Shown: piece by piece, positions 1 to 12,113 of the stretch
How positions within the stretch are numbered: position 1 is the stretch's first letter
Layout: each line of letters begins with the position of its first letter
Source: Hypanus sabinus
Taxonomy: Eukaryota
NCBI RefSeq assembly: GCF_030144855.1
Contig: NC_082715.1
Location: forward strand, 86,800,001-86,864,000
DNA length: 64,000 bases
Direction of reading: 5' to 3'
Program-made: the position numbers and the translations under genes
The notes under the pieces: model-generated
What the model saw: the letters and a program-made list of their open reading frames with translations, nothing else
What the model was told of the DNA's origin: nothing
Database searches by the model: none

Positions 1-1580
1 GGGTGGATCTTTCGGCCCTCATTGGGTGAGTTTAGAAACTAAATCGGTATCAGCTTATGCTCTGGGTTCTATTTTAGGGACTTCTCTCCCTTTTGCTCTT
101 TCTAAATTGCCGAAACGAATTGACAACCCGATAGGTAAACATACTTTGCGTATATGGTTTCAATTTCGGAGATTTTTTGGGTTGACTCAATTCATTTTAA
201 ATATTCCTATTGTATCTAATTGTTTTTTCCACCCTTCCATTATAGATCAAGCTTATTCGGCTTGGAAAACTAAGGGATTACTAAGATTTTCTGATTTAGT
301 TTTAGACAATTGTTTCATGTCTTTTGAGCAATTATCCAACAAATATAACTTGCCTAGATTTCATTTTTTTTAGATATTTACAGATGAGACATTTTTTTTA
401 GTTCTGTACTCCCTACATTTCCAAATTTTGTGCCTTCAGATATTTTGGAGAGTTTATTTGAATTAGACTCTTTTCAAAAAGGGCTTATTTCAAAACTTTA
501 TAATATAATTATGAAGATACATTCAGAGCCTCTTTATAAGACTAAAAAGGATTGGGAAAGAGAGCTTAGTCTTATTATTTCTAGTGAGAATTGGGATAGA
601 ATTCTTCAATTAGTTAATGCATCATTGTTATGTGCCAAACATTCATTAATACAATTTAAGGTCGTACATACTCCCATATGTCCAAGGATAAATTAGCTCA
701 TTTTTACTCTCATATTAGTCCTATTTGTGATAGATGTCAATCTGAAATTGCGTCTTTAACTCATATGTTTTGGTCTTGTTCATTTTTGGAGAAATATTGG
801 AAAGATATTTTTGATATTATTTCTGCAGTTTTGAATATTGATTTACAACCTCATCCTATTACCGCAATTTTTGGTTTACCAATGTTAGACTCACTGCATT
901 TATCTTCTTCTGCCCGTCGAATGATTGTTTTTCTAACTCTGATGGCTAGAAGATCTATATTGTTGAATTGGAAGGAAATTAATCCTCCCACTGTATTTAA
1001 TTGGTTCTCTCAAACTATGTTATGTTTAAATTTAGAAAAAATTAGAAGTGGTACTTTTGAGACTTCTATTAAATTTGAAAAGTTATGGAGACCATTTATT
1101 CAACATTTTCATATGATGTAATATGACCCTGTGCCAAGTTCATTTGATTTCCCAGCTTTTAGCTTATGTATGTTGAGAGGACCGGAAGTGACGGCATTGA
1201 TGAATATTTATTTTTGTGAGATATTATAAACAGCCCCCCTTTTTTTCTCTCTCTTTTTTTTGCTTCTTTTTTCTTCTATATTAGTTATTAGTTATTAGAT
1301 TAGTAGATTAGCTAGTTTTTCATTATATATATATTTTTTAATTTTTTTTCTTTCTTTTTTCTGTTTTTTTATATCATATATTATGAAATATTTAGACTTA
1401 CCATGTTCATACATATATTTTATGGCTTATGTCTTGGTAAACTCATCTATATTGTAACTATTATGTATGTTTTTTTCATATGTAATGGAATTTGTATGTT
1501 GGTAATTTCCTTATCAATATATCATTTGTATTCTGTCCATATTACTAATAAAAATAAAAAGGTTTAGAAAGAACGAAGAA
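1..1580 (+). mobile_element. L1/Tx1-clade LINE, 3' part of ORF2 (frameshifted) and AT-rich 3'UTR
   Basis: ORFs 26-373, 430-696 and 678-1121 with LIQFKVVH and CDRCQSEIASLTHMFWSC (C-terminal CCHC); AATAAA and A-rich tail near 1546-1580. Confidence 0.88.
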
Positions 1581-2095
1581 CAATGCCAGAGTTTTCCCAT
1601 TCTTGAAAGTTCATTGTCAATACCTCCGCAATCTCTCCAGCTAGCACCTTCAGAACCCGATGGTTCATTCCATCAGGTGCAGGGGATTTAACCATCCTCA
1701 GACAATTAAGCTTCCTGACCATCTTCTCAGTCATATTTTTCACTGCACATACTTCACTTTCCTGACACTCTTGAATATCCAGTATACTGCAGATGCCTTC
1801 CACTGTGAAGACTAATGCAAAGTACGCATTCAGTCTTCTGCCATCTCTGCATCTCCCATTACAAAATCTTCAAAGTCAGCATCCTATATCTACCCTCAAC
1901 TCCCTTTTACCCTTTATATACTTAAAAAGGCTTTTAATATCTTCTTTGATATTAGGCACCAGCTTCCTTTCATAATTCATCTTTTCCTTCCTAAAAACCT
2001 TCTTAGTTTCCTTCTGCAAGTATTTAATAGCTCCCCAATCCTCTATCTTCTAACTAGCTTTTGCTTCCTTGAATGCCCTTTCTGTTGCTTTTATA
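1581..2095 (-). mobile_element. CR1 LINE ORF2 fragment
   Basis: KSPAPDGMNHRVLKVLAGEIAEVL (pre-RT CR1 motif). Confidence 0.85.
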
Positions 2096-2479
2096 TAAAA
2101 ATGTTAATCACTGTAATGATAAGTTTGAAATTACTTGATTGTCATAAAGACCTATTTTATTCAAATATGCACTTCAGAAAAGTAAGTCTTCTGTCCTCGC
2201 CCAATCATGTTTAAATCTGATTCCTACAAATGCAATTGACTTTTAAGTAGAGTTCATTGTCACATGCACAAACACAGTGAGGTAGAGTTACAATGAAAAC
2301 TTCCTTCTAGCAGCATCACAGGCACAAGGTTTCTGAAGTCACATAGACTTCTAACTGCCTCCCACACTCAGGGGCAATCAGGAATGAAAAATAAAAGCTT
2401 TTACTTTGCCAGTAACAATCTCATCTCCAGAAGATTGTTACAAGACCACAGATCAAAATTTTGCCTTTTTGGGGGGAGG

Positions 2480-3227
2480 TGTTATGAGACTGCAGGTTTC
2501 ATTCACTGTGAACTGTCACTTTAAGAGACACTTGGATGAGGAAGGACGATGATGTCAGTATAACAAGCTGCGGCCAACAGCTGCTGCTCAGTAAGGAAAG
2601 AGAGAGAGAGAGAGACAGGCTGTTGGAACTTGTTGCTGCTATGGTTCAGCACTCTGCCATGCCCAAAAGAGTGGGTTGATCATCGGCACGCAGTGCACAA
2701 TGGATGTGTGACTGTCACTTCATCTAATCCATATGTGTGGATTTGTTGGATTATCCTGTAGTACCACTGTTGTTGGCCCTTACCTGGAATTGGGGTGTTA
2801 TGTGGTAACCACTTGAAGAAGTGATATTCCTGTGACTGTCACCTGGTGATATTTCGACGTGGATTTCGGAACGACTCGACAGATAAAGTCTTCGGCGACT
2901 GTTACTCTGTTTATCCAGTGGGAAACTTGTGGAATTTGATGTAATCACCTTCATTCTACATTTTACCCTGGATTACAAATCTCTCTCCCATCATTTACTT
3001 TGTGGATTACTGGACTTTTCTACTTTACCATCTTAAGACTTTAAGAGTTATTCATGAGCTTGACAATTTGGAACACAGACACACACACACACAAACATTG
3101 TTAACTTCTGTTTATCTTGCTTAAGTTATTATATTATTAGTAGATACTAATAAAGATAGTGGTTTTAACATTAAAACCCAACTCAGTGTATAATTTATTG
3201 CAGCTGGTATGTTACAAAATCATAACA
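2480..3227 (+). mobile_element. LTR (probably Gypsy 3' LTR) preceded by polypurine tract
   Basis: TGTTATGA...TCATAACA perfect 8-bp terminal inverted repeat; AATAAA 3149-3154; GGGGGGAGG directly 5' of TG. Confidence 0.78.
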
Positions 3228-3739
3228 AGATATAGTTAAAAAGCTGGATTATTGCTTGTAAGAATTAGCACAGATGTGAGGCTGAATGAATATCATTCTA
3301 TTATTCCATATTTTGCAATTTGAGAAGGCAAAAGGTGAGTTTATCCTAGATTGACCCAAATATTTTTTGATCTGTGGTCCCTTTGATAATCTCCAGTCCA
3401 ATTACTAATTCAAACAGTCAACGTAAAATGTTAGAGAATTCCGGAATGTTGACTCTTGTACATGCCTACTGCGTTGTTTTCTGTCTGCCCAGATTCCTAT
3501 TGGTTTGATTCATTCCCTCAGTGAACCCAAACATATTAAGCTATCTTCAGCGACAAATCTATACTTATTAAACAACTAAGTAGATGCTTGATACACTAAC
3601 CAATGCTGTGATTGAGATGAACAAAAACAGATAGGCATGTGGTTGATGTGCAGCTAGCTAGTGGCCTGCAAGGTTCCCATCACCATTAATTTCAAATACT
3701 TCACCAATGTAAATGGCCAAAATTTCTAAATCAGCAATA

Positions 3740-4470
3740 CAACATGGTTCAAAACAGAACACAGCAAGCAACAAAACAACAGCAAAATGAGCCCAGTTCC
3801 TCCCTCCCACCAGCAGTTCTCTGGCCCTAAGACAGGCCACCTTCTTCAGCCTCCAGCCACTAGTGGACTCAGATTCGGACTCGTAGATACTGGGCCTTTG
3901 ACAACCCCAGTGGAATCGCAGTTGAGGCTCTGGCAAATAGGCCTAGACTTTCAGAATTACAATAAAATCCTTGGATGAAAATGCTTGGCTCCAGGACCTG
4001 GCAGTTCACTGAACACTCGGCCTCAAACCTCTGGATTCTCTGATAATGGGATCCCAAACACTCTGCCTCAAACCCAGGTTTTACCAATTCACTAATCAGG
4101 AGGTCATTGAACCTCATTCCTCCTGCCCACTTGAAACTCCGACTCCAGAACGCAGCAACAACTTGCTGACATGGGGTGGGGTTGCAACCAGCCTTCATCT
4201 TCAAATACACTGCTTTGCTGGTCCAACATCCAACTGGACTTCCCAACCTAGCCTGAGGATGTCCCATATCCATGTCACTGGCCTTTGAATGTGGAGCAGA
4301 GACTTAGGATTCCAGCCTGCCTTCTAATTCCCCCACGTCCCTGTCCCTAAACTCTAACTTTATCCTTAACTCCCCTCTCTGTCCCCAAAACCATTACACA
4401 AATGCAAAAAAAAACTAAGAAATAACTAAAACTGAACCACAAACTCAATATAAACCCATGCCAACAACAT
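3740..4470 (-). repeat. Unclassified dispersed repeat (related segments at ~45600-45830 and ~59300-59370)
   Basis: Shared motifs 'tgtggagcagag.cttag.at.cag', 'ctgtccctaaac', 'caaaaccat' and 'aacagaacaca' between copies. Confidence 0.45.
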
Positions 4471-5182
4471 CTCCTTAAGCATATCTTCAACATTCCCATC
4501 CTTGAAAAAAGATTCTTAATTTCATTGTATATACCTCCATCAGGTCACACAAGCCTCCTCTACTACAGGAAAAACAAACGGCCCAACAAACTGATGAATC
4601 TCTTCCACATAAAGTTGATATATCCTTAATTACCTTTTTGAAGTGCTCAGTAATGACCATTTTCAGCCAATCATCTATCCATCAATGGGAGAGAATGTAA
4701 GATTAAGTTGTAGGCAACACAATATTGTACAGTTTAATAACTAGCAATCACAGGCAACTTAAGAGGCAATCAGTTGCCCATTCATCTCCTAGGCAGCCAA
4801 AACTTCAATACCTTTATTATGATGATATTTTGTACAAAATACAGAGCAAACTATTTGTTTCTATCCTGAACTCTTCCAGAATTCTTAAGAAACTAAAATG
4901 TCAGGAAAAATTACCCCTGAACTCTTTCATTTGCCTTTTCGCTTAGGGAAATATTCCCTTTCTTTTAACAATGTTTTAACAACTGTTTGCTAGAATTCTA
5001 GCAATTGTGAGAAATGTTATTTAACCTATTTGACTTCCATATTGTCATGTATATGCATGGTATATGGATTCTTGTTATCATCATGCTGTTTATTGACTAC
5101 AGCTCAGCATGTAACACAATCATTGCCACAGTTCTGATCAAAAAGCTCCCAAACCTGATCACTATCTCCCTCTGTAGCTGGA

Positions 5183-5315
5183 TTTTTTTTTTTTTTTTTT
5201 TTTTTTAATAATTTTTTATTGCATTTTTAAATGATTACAAGTATGAAAAAAACAATGTATATAACCCATACCCCCTCCCCTTAACCCCTCCCCCCTAACT
5301 GCCCCTTAGAAAAAA

Positions 5316-5347
<32 letters not shown>

Positions 5348-5967
5348 ATGCCTGGTGGTTGGAAGATCTCCACATGCTCCATGGAGTTCGTAATAATTTT
5401 AATATGTATATTTATTTCTTCCCCCTAATAACCAATTGTTTCATCTTAAAAGCATCTATATATTTAATCCTATCTTTTGTAAATAAGGGCTCCAAATTTT
5501 CAAAAATGTTTCATATTTATCTCTTAAATTATAAGTAATTTTTTCTAATGGAATACAACCATAGATTTCTTTCTTCCAAGAATCTATACTTAAATGTGAA
5601 TCCGATTTCCAAGTAACTGCAATAGCTTTTTTGGCTACTGCCAGTGCAATTTTTATAAATTCTTTCTGATACTTATTTAGTTTGAGTTTCGGTTTTATCC
5701 CTTCAATATCACCTAGTAAAAATAATATTGGATTATGAGGAAATTGTGTTCCTGTAATTTGTTCCAGTAAAAGTCTTAAATTTGTCCAAAAAGGTTGAAT
5801 TTTAGAGCAAGACCATGTCGAATGTAAAAAAGTACCAGTTTCCTGGTTACATCGGAAACACTGATCCGATAAATTTGGATTAAATTTTTTTATTTTTTGT
5901 GGTGTAATATATAATTGATGTAGAAAATTATACTGCACTAATCTTAACCGAACATTTATTGTATTTG
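5183..5967 (-). mobile_element. Young 5'-truncated L1-clade insertion
   Basis: Open ORF2 C-terminus (LVQYNFLHQLYITP, CFRCNQETGTFLHSTWSC); (TTTC)n 3'UTR; AATAAA at 5215-5220 (minus); pure 24-nt poly(A) at 5183-5206. Confidence 0.92.
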
Positions 5968-6122
5968 ACTTCCAAATGGGAAGACCACAATCTGTGTGGA
6001 TCCGAAGTAACACCTCCACCTTACTGACAATAAACATTGTTACACCTCAGGGGTGCTTAACCCACTGTTCTACTCTCTCTACACCTATGACCATGTGGCT
6101 AGACACAGCTCAAATACCATCT

Positions 6123-6707
6123 GTAATAGAATATAAAAGCAACGTTGTAATGTTGAGACTTTTTAAAGAACTGGTGATGCCTCACTTGGAATATTGTGAG
6201 CAGTTTTGGGCCCGTTAGCTAAGAAAGGATATGCTGAAACTCAGGACGGTTCAAAGGAGATTCATGAAAGTTATTCGAGGATTGAATGGCTTGTCATATA
6301 AAGAGTGATTGGGCCTGTAATCAGAAGAATGAGGGATGACCTGATTGAAAGCGATCAAACTGTGAAAGGATGTGGAGAGGATGTTTCCTATAATGGGAGA
6401 GTCTAAGACCAAAGGGCACAGCCTCAGTCTAGAGGGGCTTCCTTTTATCATGGAGATGAGGAGGAATTTATTTAGCCAGTGAGTGGTGAATCTGTGGAAT
6501 TCTTTTCCACAGCTGGCAGTGGAAGCTACGTCTTTATGGATATCTAAGGAAGTGGTTAATAGATTTTTGGTTGGTCAGGGCATGAAGGGATATGGGAAGA
6601 AGGCAGGAGATTGGGGCTGAGAGGAAAATTGGATCGGACATGATGAGATGGTGGAGCAGACTCAATGGGAGAAATGGCCTAATTCTGCTCTTCTATCTTA
6701 TGGTCCT
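6123..6707 (+). mobile_element. CR1 3' end
   Basis: LVMPHLEYCEQFW motif; CR1 3'UTR hairpin and 'tcttatggtc' tail. Confidence 0.88.
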
Positions 6708-7540
6708 ATAAATTTGCTGATCACACAACTATTGTCAGAGTTTCAGTTGGTGATGAGAGGGTGTACAAAATCAAGCTGTATCAGCTATTTGAGTGGTGAG
6801 CAGCAACAACCTTGCATTCAATGTCAGTAGGACCAAAGAACTGATTATGGATTCCAGAAAGGGTAAGATGAGGGAACATATATCAGTCCTCATGGAGGGA
6901 TCAGTAGTGAGCAATTTCAAGTTTCTTAGTATCAACATCCCTGAGGATCTATCCTGGGCCCAACATATTGATGCAATTACAATGAAGAAATGATAGCAGC
7001 TATATTTCATTAGGACTTTGAGGAGATTTGGTGTGGCACCAAAGACACTCACATATTTCTACAGACGTCCTGTGGAGAGCATTCTAACGGGCTGCATCAG
7101 CATCTGGTATGGGGGTGGGGGGCTTCTGCACAGGGTCGAAGTAAACTGGAGAGAGTTGTTAGCTTAGGCAGCTCCATCATGGGCACCAGATTCTGTAGTA
7201 TCCAGGACATCTTCAAGGACTGATGCTTCAAAAAGTCAGCGTCCATCATTCAGTAACCACATCTCCCAGGATATCCCCCTGTTCTCATTGTTACTATCAG
7301 GAAGGGGACACAGGAGCCTGAAGGCTCACATCCAACGATTCGGGACAGTTTCCTTCCCTCTGTCCTCTGATTTCTAAATAGGCATTGAACCCATGAATGC
7401 TACCTTACTACTTTTTTATTTCCGTGCTACTCATTTAATTTAACTATTTAATATATAGATTTACTGTAATTCACAGATATTTTCTCTATTATTATGTATT
7501 ACATTATCCTGCTGCTGCAAAGACAAAAATTTCATGATAT

Positions 7541-8062
7541 CAATCTGAGGAAAGACATTCTTGCCATAGAGGGAGTACAGAGAAGGTTCACCAGATTGAT
7601 TCCTGGGATGGCAGGACTTTCATATGAAGAAAGATTGGATTGACTAGGCTTATAGTCGCTGGAGGATTGAGGGGGGATCTTTTTGAAATGTATAAAATTC
7701 TAAAGGGATTGGACAGGCTAGATTCAGAAAGATTGCTTCCGATGTTGGGGGAGTCCAGAACGTGGGGTCACAGGTTAAGGATAAAGGGGAAGCCTTTCAG
7801 GACCGAGATGAGGAAAAACTTCTTCATACAGAGAGTGCTGAATCTGTGGAATTCTCTGCCACAGGAAACAGTTGAGGCCGGATCATTGGCTATACTTAAG
7901 AGGAAGTTGGATATGGCCCTTGAGGCTAAAGGGATCAGGGGGTATGGAGAAAAAGCAGGTACAGGGTTCTGAGTTGGATGATCAGCCATGATCATACTGA
8001 ATGGTGGTGTAGGCTGGAAGGGCTGAATTGCCTATTCCTGCACCTATTTTCTATGTTTCTAT
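7541..8062 (+). mobile_element. CR1 3' end
   Basis: LRGDLFEMYKILKG...FFIQRVLNLWNSLP; (ttctatgt) tail. Confidence 0.9.
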
Positions 8063-8230
8063 AACATTTTGATTAAAGTTGCAATGATGGATGGGGAACC
8101 ATTTTACTATGCTGCTTGCTTTTTAATAATATTCAGTTTCAAAATATTAATGTGCATCTTGGCACCTGCTTTCATCCTTCTTTTTAAAGTTGTGATATTA
8201 AGAGAAGCTATTAATTAGAATTAGAATTAG

Positions 8231-8442
8231 AATTCTCTGCCACAGGAAACAGTTGAGGCCAGTTCATTGGCTATATTTAAGAGGAAGTTAGATCTGGCCC
8301 TTGTGGCTGAAGGGATCGGGGGTATGGAGAGAAGGCAGGTACAGGGTTCTGAGTTGGATGATCAGCCATGATCATACTGAATGGCGGTGTAGGCTCCAAA
8401 GGCTGAATGGCCTACTCCTGCCCCTTTATTCGATGTTTCTAT
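8231..8442 (+). mobile_element. CR1 3' end, same subfamily as 7851-8062
   Basis: Closely similar to 7851-8062 by direct comparison. Confidence 0.9.
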
Positions 8443-9491
8443 ATATACCAGAGATAATAAACCTGATTCTGATTCTAATCATACCAAATACTACACACTT
8501 TTACTACTAAAATGAATATAAGATACCTTTAAGTTTCTTTTGAGGAAAAAAGATAAACTGGTGATTTCTCACTTCATGGCTGTAACTATTAATTACATTT
8601 CATATGAAGGTGGATCTATACTGCAAGTTTTCTATTGCATTCCTGTCTGTTCCAAAATACTGCCCCTACGCCAGTGCACAATGCACCAGCTGTTTCAATA
8701 GTTTGCTCTTAAGCATTCAAAAACAGTACCATCATCAATTTCCCTATCATAAAAGTGTAAAGGATTATAATTTATCAAAATTTAGCTGCACGAGCCAGAT
8801 AAATACTGTGGTAACAAATGCAGGTCTCTGTGTATCATTTGGCAAGTAACTTATCTCCTGGCATCCCAAAGCCCTTTGCTGTCTCCGAGGCACAAGTCAA
8901 AGGGCCTACACTTGCCTGGATGAATGTATCTTGGCAACATTCCAGTAGAGCAACACCCTTGATTACAAAGCAGTTCACTTGACACACCCCAGCCACATTC
9001 TGATAAATTCAAACCCTCCCTTACTGTGATGTTAGTATCAATGATAATTACTACTGCAGTTATTCCCTAATGCTACACCAACAGCACCTCGCAAACCTGC
9101 AATTTCTACTACTGAGGACAAGGGCATAAGGTGCATAGGAATAACAATGTCTGCCATTTTTCTTCCAAATCATAGAACATCCTGATATTGCCACTACTTC
9201 ACAATAACTCTGTCTGCATCCAGAAAGTTCCTATTCAATAATATTAAAGAGGCATCTTCATCAAAACTTGCAAAGTTTTTTGCTGCCTCCAAGGCACAGT
9301 CGAGGGGTATGCACTTGCCTGGATGAATGCAACTTGACAACATCTGGATTGTGCAAAACACTTGAAAACAAAGTGGTTCAAGAAGGTGGTAATCCACCTC
9401 TTCAAACACAGTTTATAATAGTCAAAATTACTTGCCTTTCCATTTGTTCCCACTCTCATTAAACTGATAAATGGCTGGTGTAACATGACAT

Positions 9492-9710
9492 ACACAAAGA
9501 GATAGAGGAACTCAGCAGGTCAGGGAGCATCTATGGAGAGGAATAAATTATCAACATTTTGGGCTGAGGCCCTTCATTACAGACCTGAAGAAGGTTCTCA
9601 GCCTGAAAAATCAACTATTTATTCCTCTCCATAGATGCTGCCTGACCTGCTGAGAGCCTCCAGCACTCTGTGTAAATTGCTCAAGATTTCCAGCAGAACC
9701 TCTTGTGTTT
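9492..9710. repeat. Fold-back (inverted) dimer of Penelope-like terminal repeat
   Basis: 'ctcagcaggtcagggagcatctatggagaggaataaat' mirrored by 'atttattcctctccatagatgctgcctgacctgctgag'. Confidence 0.8.
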
Positions 9711-10629
9711 ATGATCAATGTAAACGTGATTTTGTTTTCTGTGATATTAGTTATAAGAATGAAGATGTGGTTCCCTTGTTGTAGTTCTTGTTAATAAAAG
9801 CAGATATTTAAAGTTAACAGTCTATACTGTCATTTCTGCTAATCCATTTCAATTAAAAATACTATGATCTGAAATGTAGTTCATTCTCTGAAAAAGTTCC
9901 TCATCACATTTGGTGTACAAATGTACTTGCTCTCTGTGCAACATGCTGTGCTCCTGATATCCTCCTGTAATCTTTCAAGTCTTTCACTTCATCTTGTTTA
10001 TATGTCAGTATCATCTTGGTCTGATCTGTGTATATCCAAAGGTACCAGACACCCTATGCTCCTTAATTGTCTCACCTTATTTACCAAATCCTGAAGGCCA
10101 TCTTTGCCACTCCAAACATCCATCTAGTATTTTCATCCTGTTCTGTCAGCCTTCTCTCATGAGTTTTAATCAGGGGTCATGCCCTCCCTCCCTGTAATAG
10201 AACTGGATGCACACATTCTTCACTGGTATGCCCCTACTAAACAATATTTCTGCCACTAGTTTTCAGAATATCATCGTATTGCAATTTGATGATTGATTTC
10301 TTCAAATAAATCTGGTTAACAGCTGACGCCAGTCAACTTTTAACCTCATTGTTGCTTTTCAAACTCTTTTTTCAAATCAGATCACATTCCCACCATTAGG
10401 AACTTAAGAGAAAGCACAAGTTATGTTCTTTTTTGGATCAGCTAAAAGTCATCTCCCTGGCATTTCACTCTAATGGCCCAATCCAGCAGTCACTTCCTCA
10501 GCACTTGGTGCAAATGACAACGTTGATTACAAAGTATCATATTCTGAAGTGAGCTGCAGCATACTTAAAAACTGAATATACAACATAAAAATAGGCATTG
10601 CTTATCATAACATGATAAGTCTATAGGAC

Positions 10630-11915
10630 AGAGTAAGTCCCTTTGCACTTCAGATTTTTGTATTTTCTCTCCACTTAGGAAATAGATGATGTTTTCATTT
10701 CTTCCACTAAAGTATATGACCATACATGTCCCGACACTGCATTCCATCTGCCACTTCTTTGCTCATTCTCCTACCCTAAGTCCTTCTGCAGCCATTATAC
10801 TTCTTCAAAGCTACCTGCCCCATCACCTATCTTTGTATCAAATGCAAAATTTGCAACAAGAACATCAATTCCATTATACAATCATCAACATATGACATAA
10901 AGAATTAGTCCCAACACAAACCTTGTGGAAGACCAAGAATCACTGGCATTCAACGAGAAAAGGCCACCTTTATTCCCACTCTGCCTCCTGCCAGTCAGCC
11001 ACTGCTTTATCCATGCTAAAATCTTCCCTGCAATACTATGGGCTCAAAGCTTATTTTGCAGCCTCCTGTGTGGGACCTTGTCAAAACCCTTCTGAAAATT
11101 CAAGTGCACAGCATCAACCTATTCTCCTTTGTCTATACTGCTTGCTATTTCTTCAAAGAGTTCCAATAGATTTTATCAGGCATGAGTTTTCCATGAGGAA
11201 ACCATGCTAGCTATGGTCTATTTCATCCTGTACCTCCAAGCACGCTAAAACCACTTTCTTAACAATCGACTCCTATATTTTCCCAAACACTGAGGTAAGA
11301 CTAATTGGCCTATAATTTCCTTTCTTCTGTCTCTCTTCCTTCTTGAAGAGTGGAGTGACATTTGCAATATTCCTGTCTTCTGGAACCACTCCATAAGACA
11401 ATAAGACATAGGAGCAGAATTAGACTACACGGCCCGTTGAGTATGCTCTGTCATTCCATCATGGCTGATTCCGGATCCCACTCAACCCCATACACCTACA
11501 TTCCCACCCTATCCTTTGATGTCCTAACCAATCAGGAAACTATCAAATTCCTCCTTAAATATACCCACGGACTTGACTCCACCACAGTTTGGGCACAGCA
11601 TTCTACAGATTCACTACACTCTGGCTAAAAAAAATTTCCTCCTTACCTCTGTTCTACAAGGTCATCCTCAATTCTGAGACTGAGCCCTCCTGGATATCCC
11701 CACCATTGGAAACATCCTCTCCACATTTACCCTATCTAGTCCTTTCAACATTTGGAGATTTCAATGAAATCTCCACACATTCTTCTAAATTCCAGTGAGT
11801 ACAGGCCCAAAGGTGCCAAATTCTTCTCATATGTTAACCCTTTTATTCCCAGAATCAACCTTGTGAACCTCCTCTGGAATCTCTCTGAGATATGGGGCCT
11901 AAAACCGTTGACAAT
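10630..11915 (-). mobile_element. Nested CR1 fragments (RT region plus a CR1 3' end at ~11390-11915)
   Basis: Minus strand encodes NYRPISLT, QHGF, DFQKGFDKV and YFSGRN...VQRDL; CR1 tail at ~11390-11410. Confidence 0.8.
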
Positions 11916-12108
11916 TGTGGTAAACTATGTATACCTGTCTGGACACGCCCCTCTGCTGACTGCTCCTGTGGCTCCTCCCACAGAACCCTGTATAAAGGCG
12001 ATTGGGGCACTGCTCCTCCCTCAGTCTCCTATATGTCGTGGTCCCTTCTGCTGTTAATAAAAGCCTATCGTTCACTTCCCGTCTCTGAGAGTTATTGATG
12101 GTGCATCA
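11916..12108 (+). mobile_element. Short solo LTR (193 bp) with 5-bp TSD
   Basis: TG...CA termini; ACAAT at 11911-11915 and 12109-12113; TATAAA 11991-11996; AATAAA 12056-12061. Confidence 0.9.
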
Positions 12109-12113
12109 ACAAT

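Larger units (their letters stand above)
5064..7540 (+). mobile_element. Rex1/Babar-type LINE 3' half, interrupted by L1 (5183-5967) and CR1 (6123-6707); its terminus resumes at 8443-8478
   Basis: FIDYSSACNTI, PQGC, KFAD and NNLAFNVSRTKELIMD...FKFLSINIPEDLSW motifs are collinear across the insertions. Confidence 0.85.
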
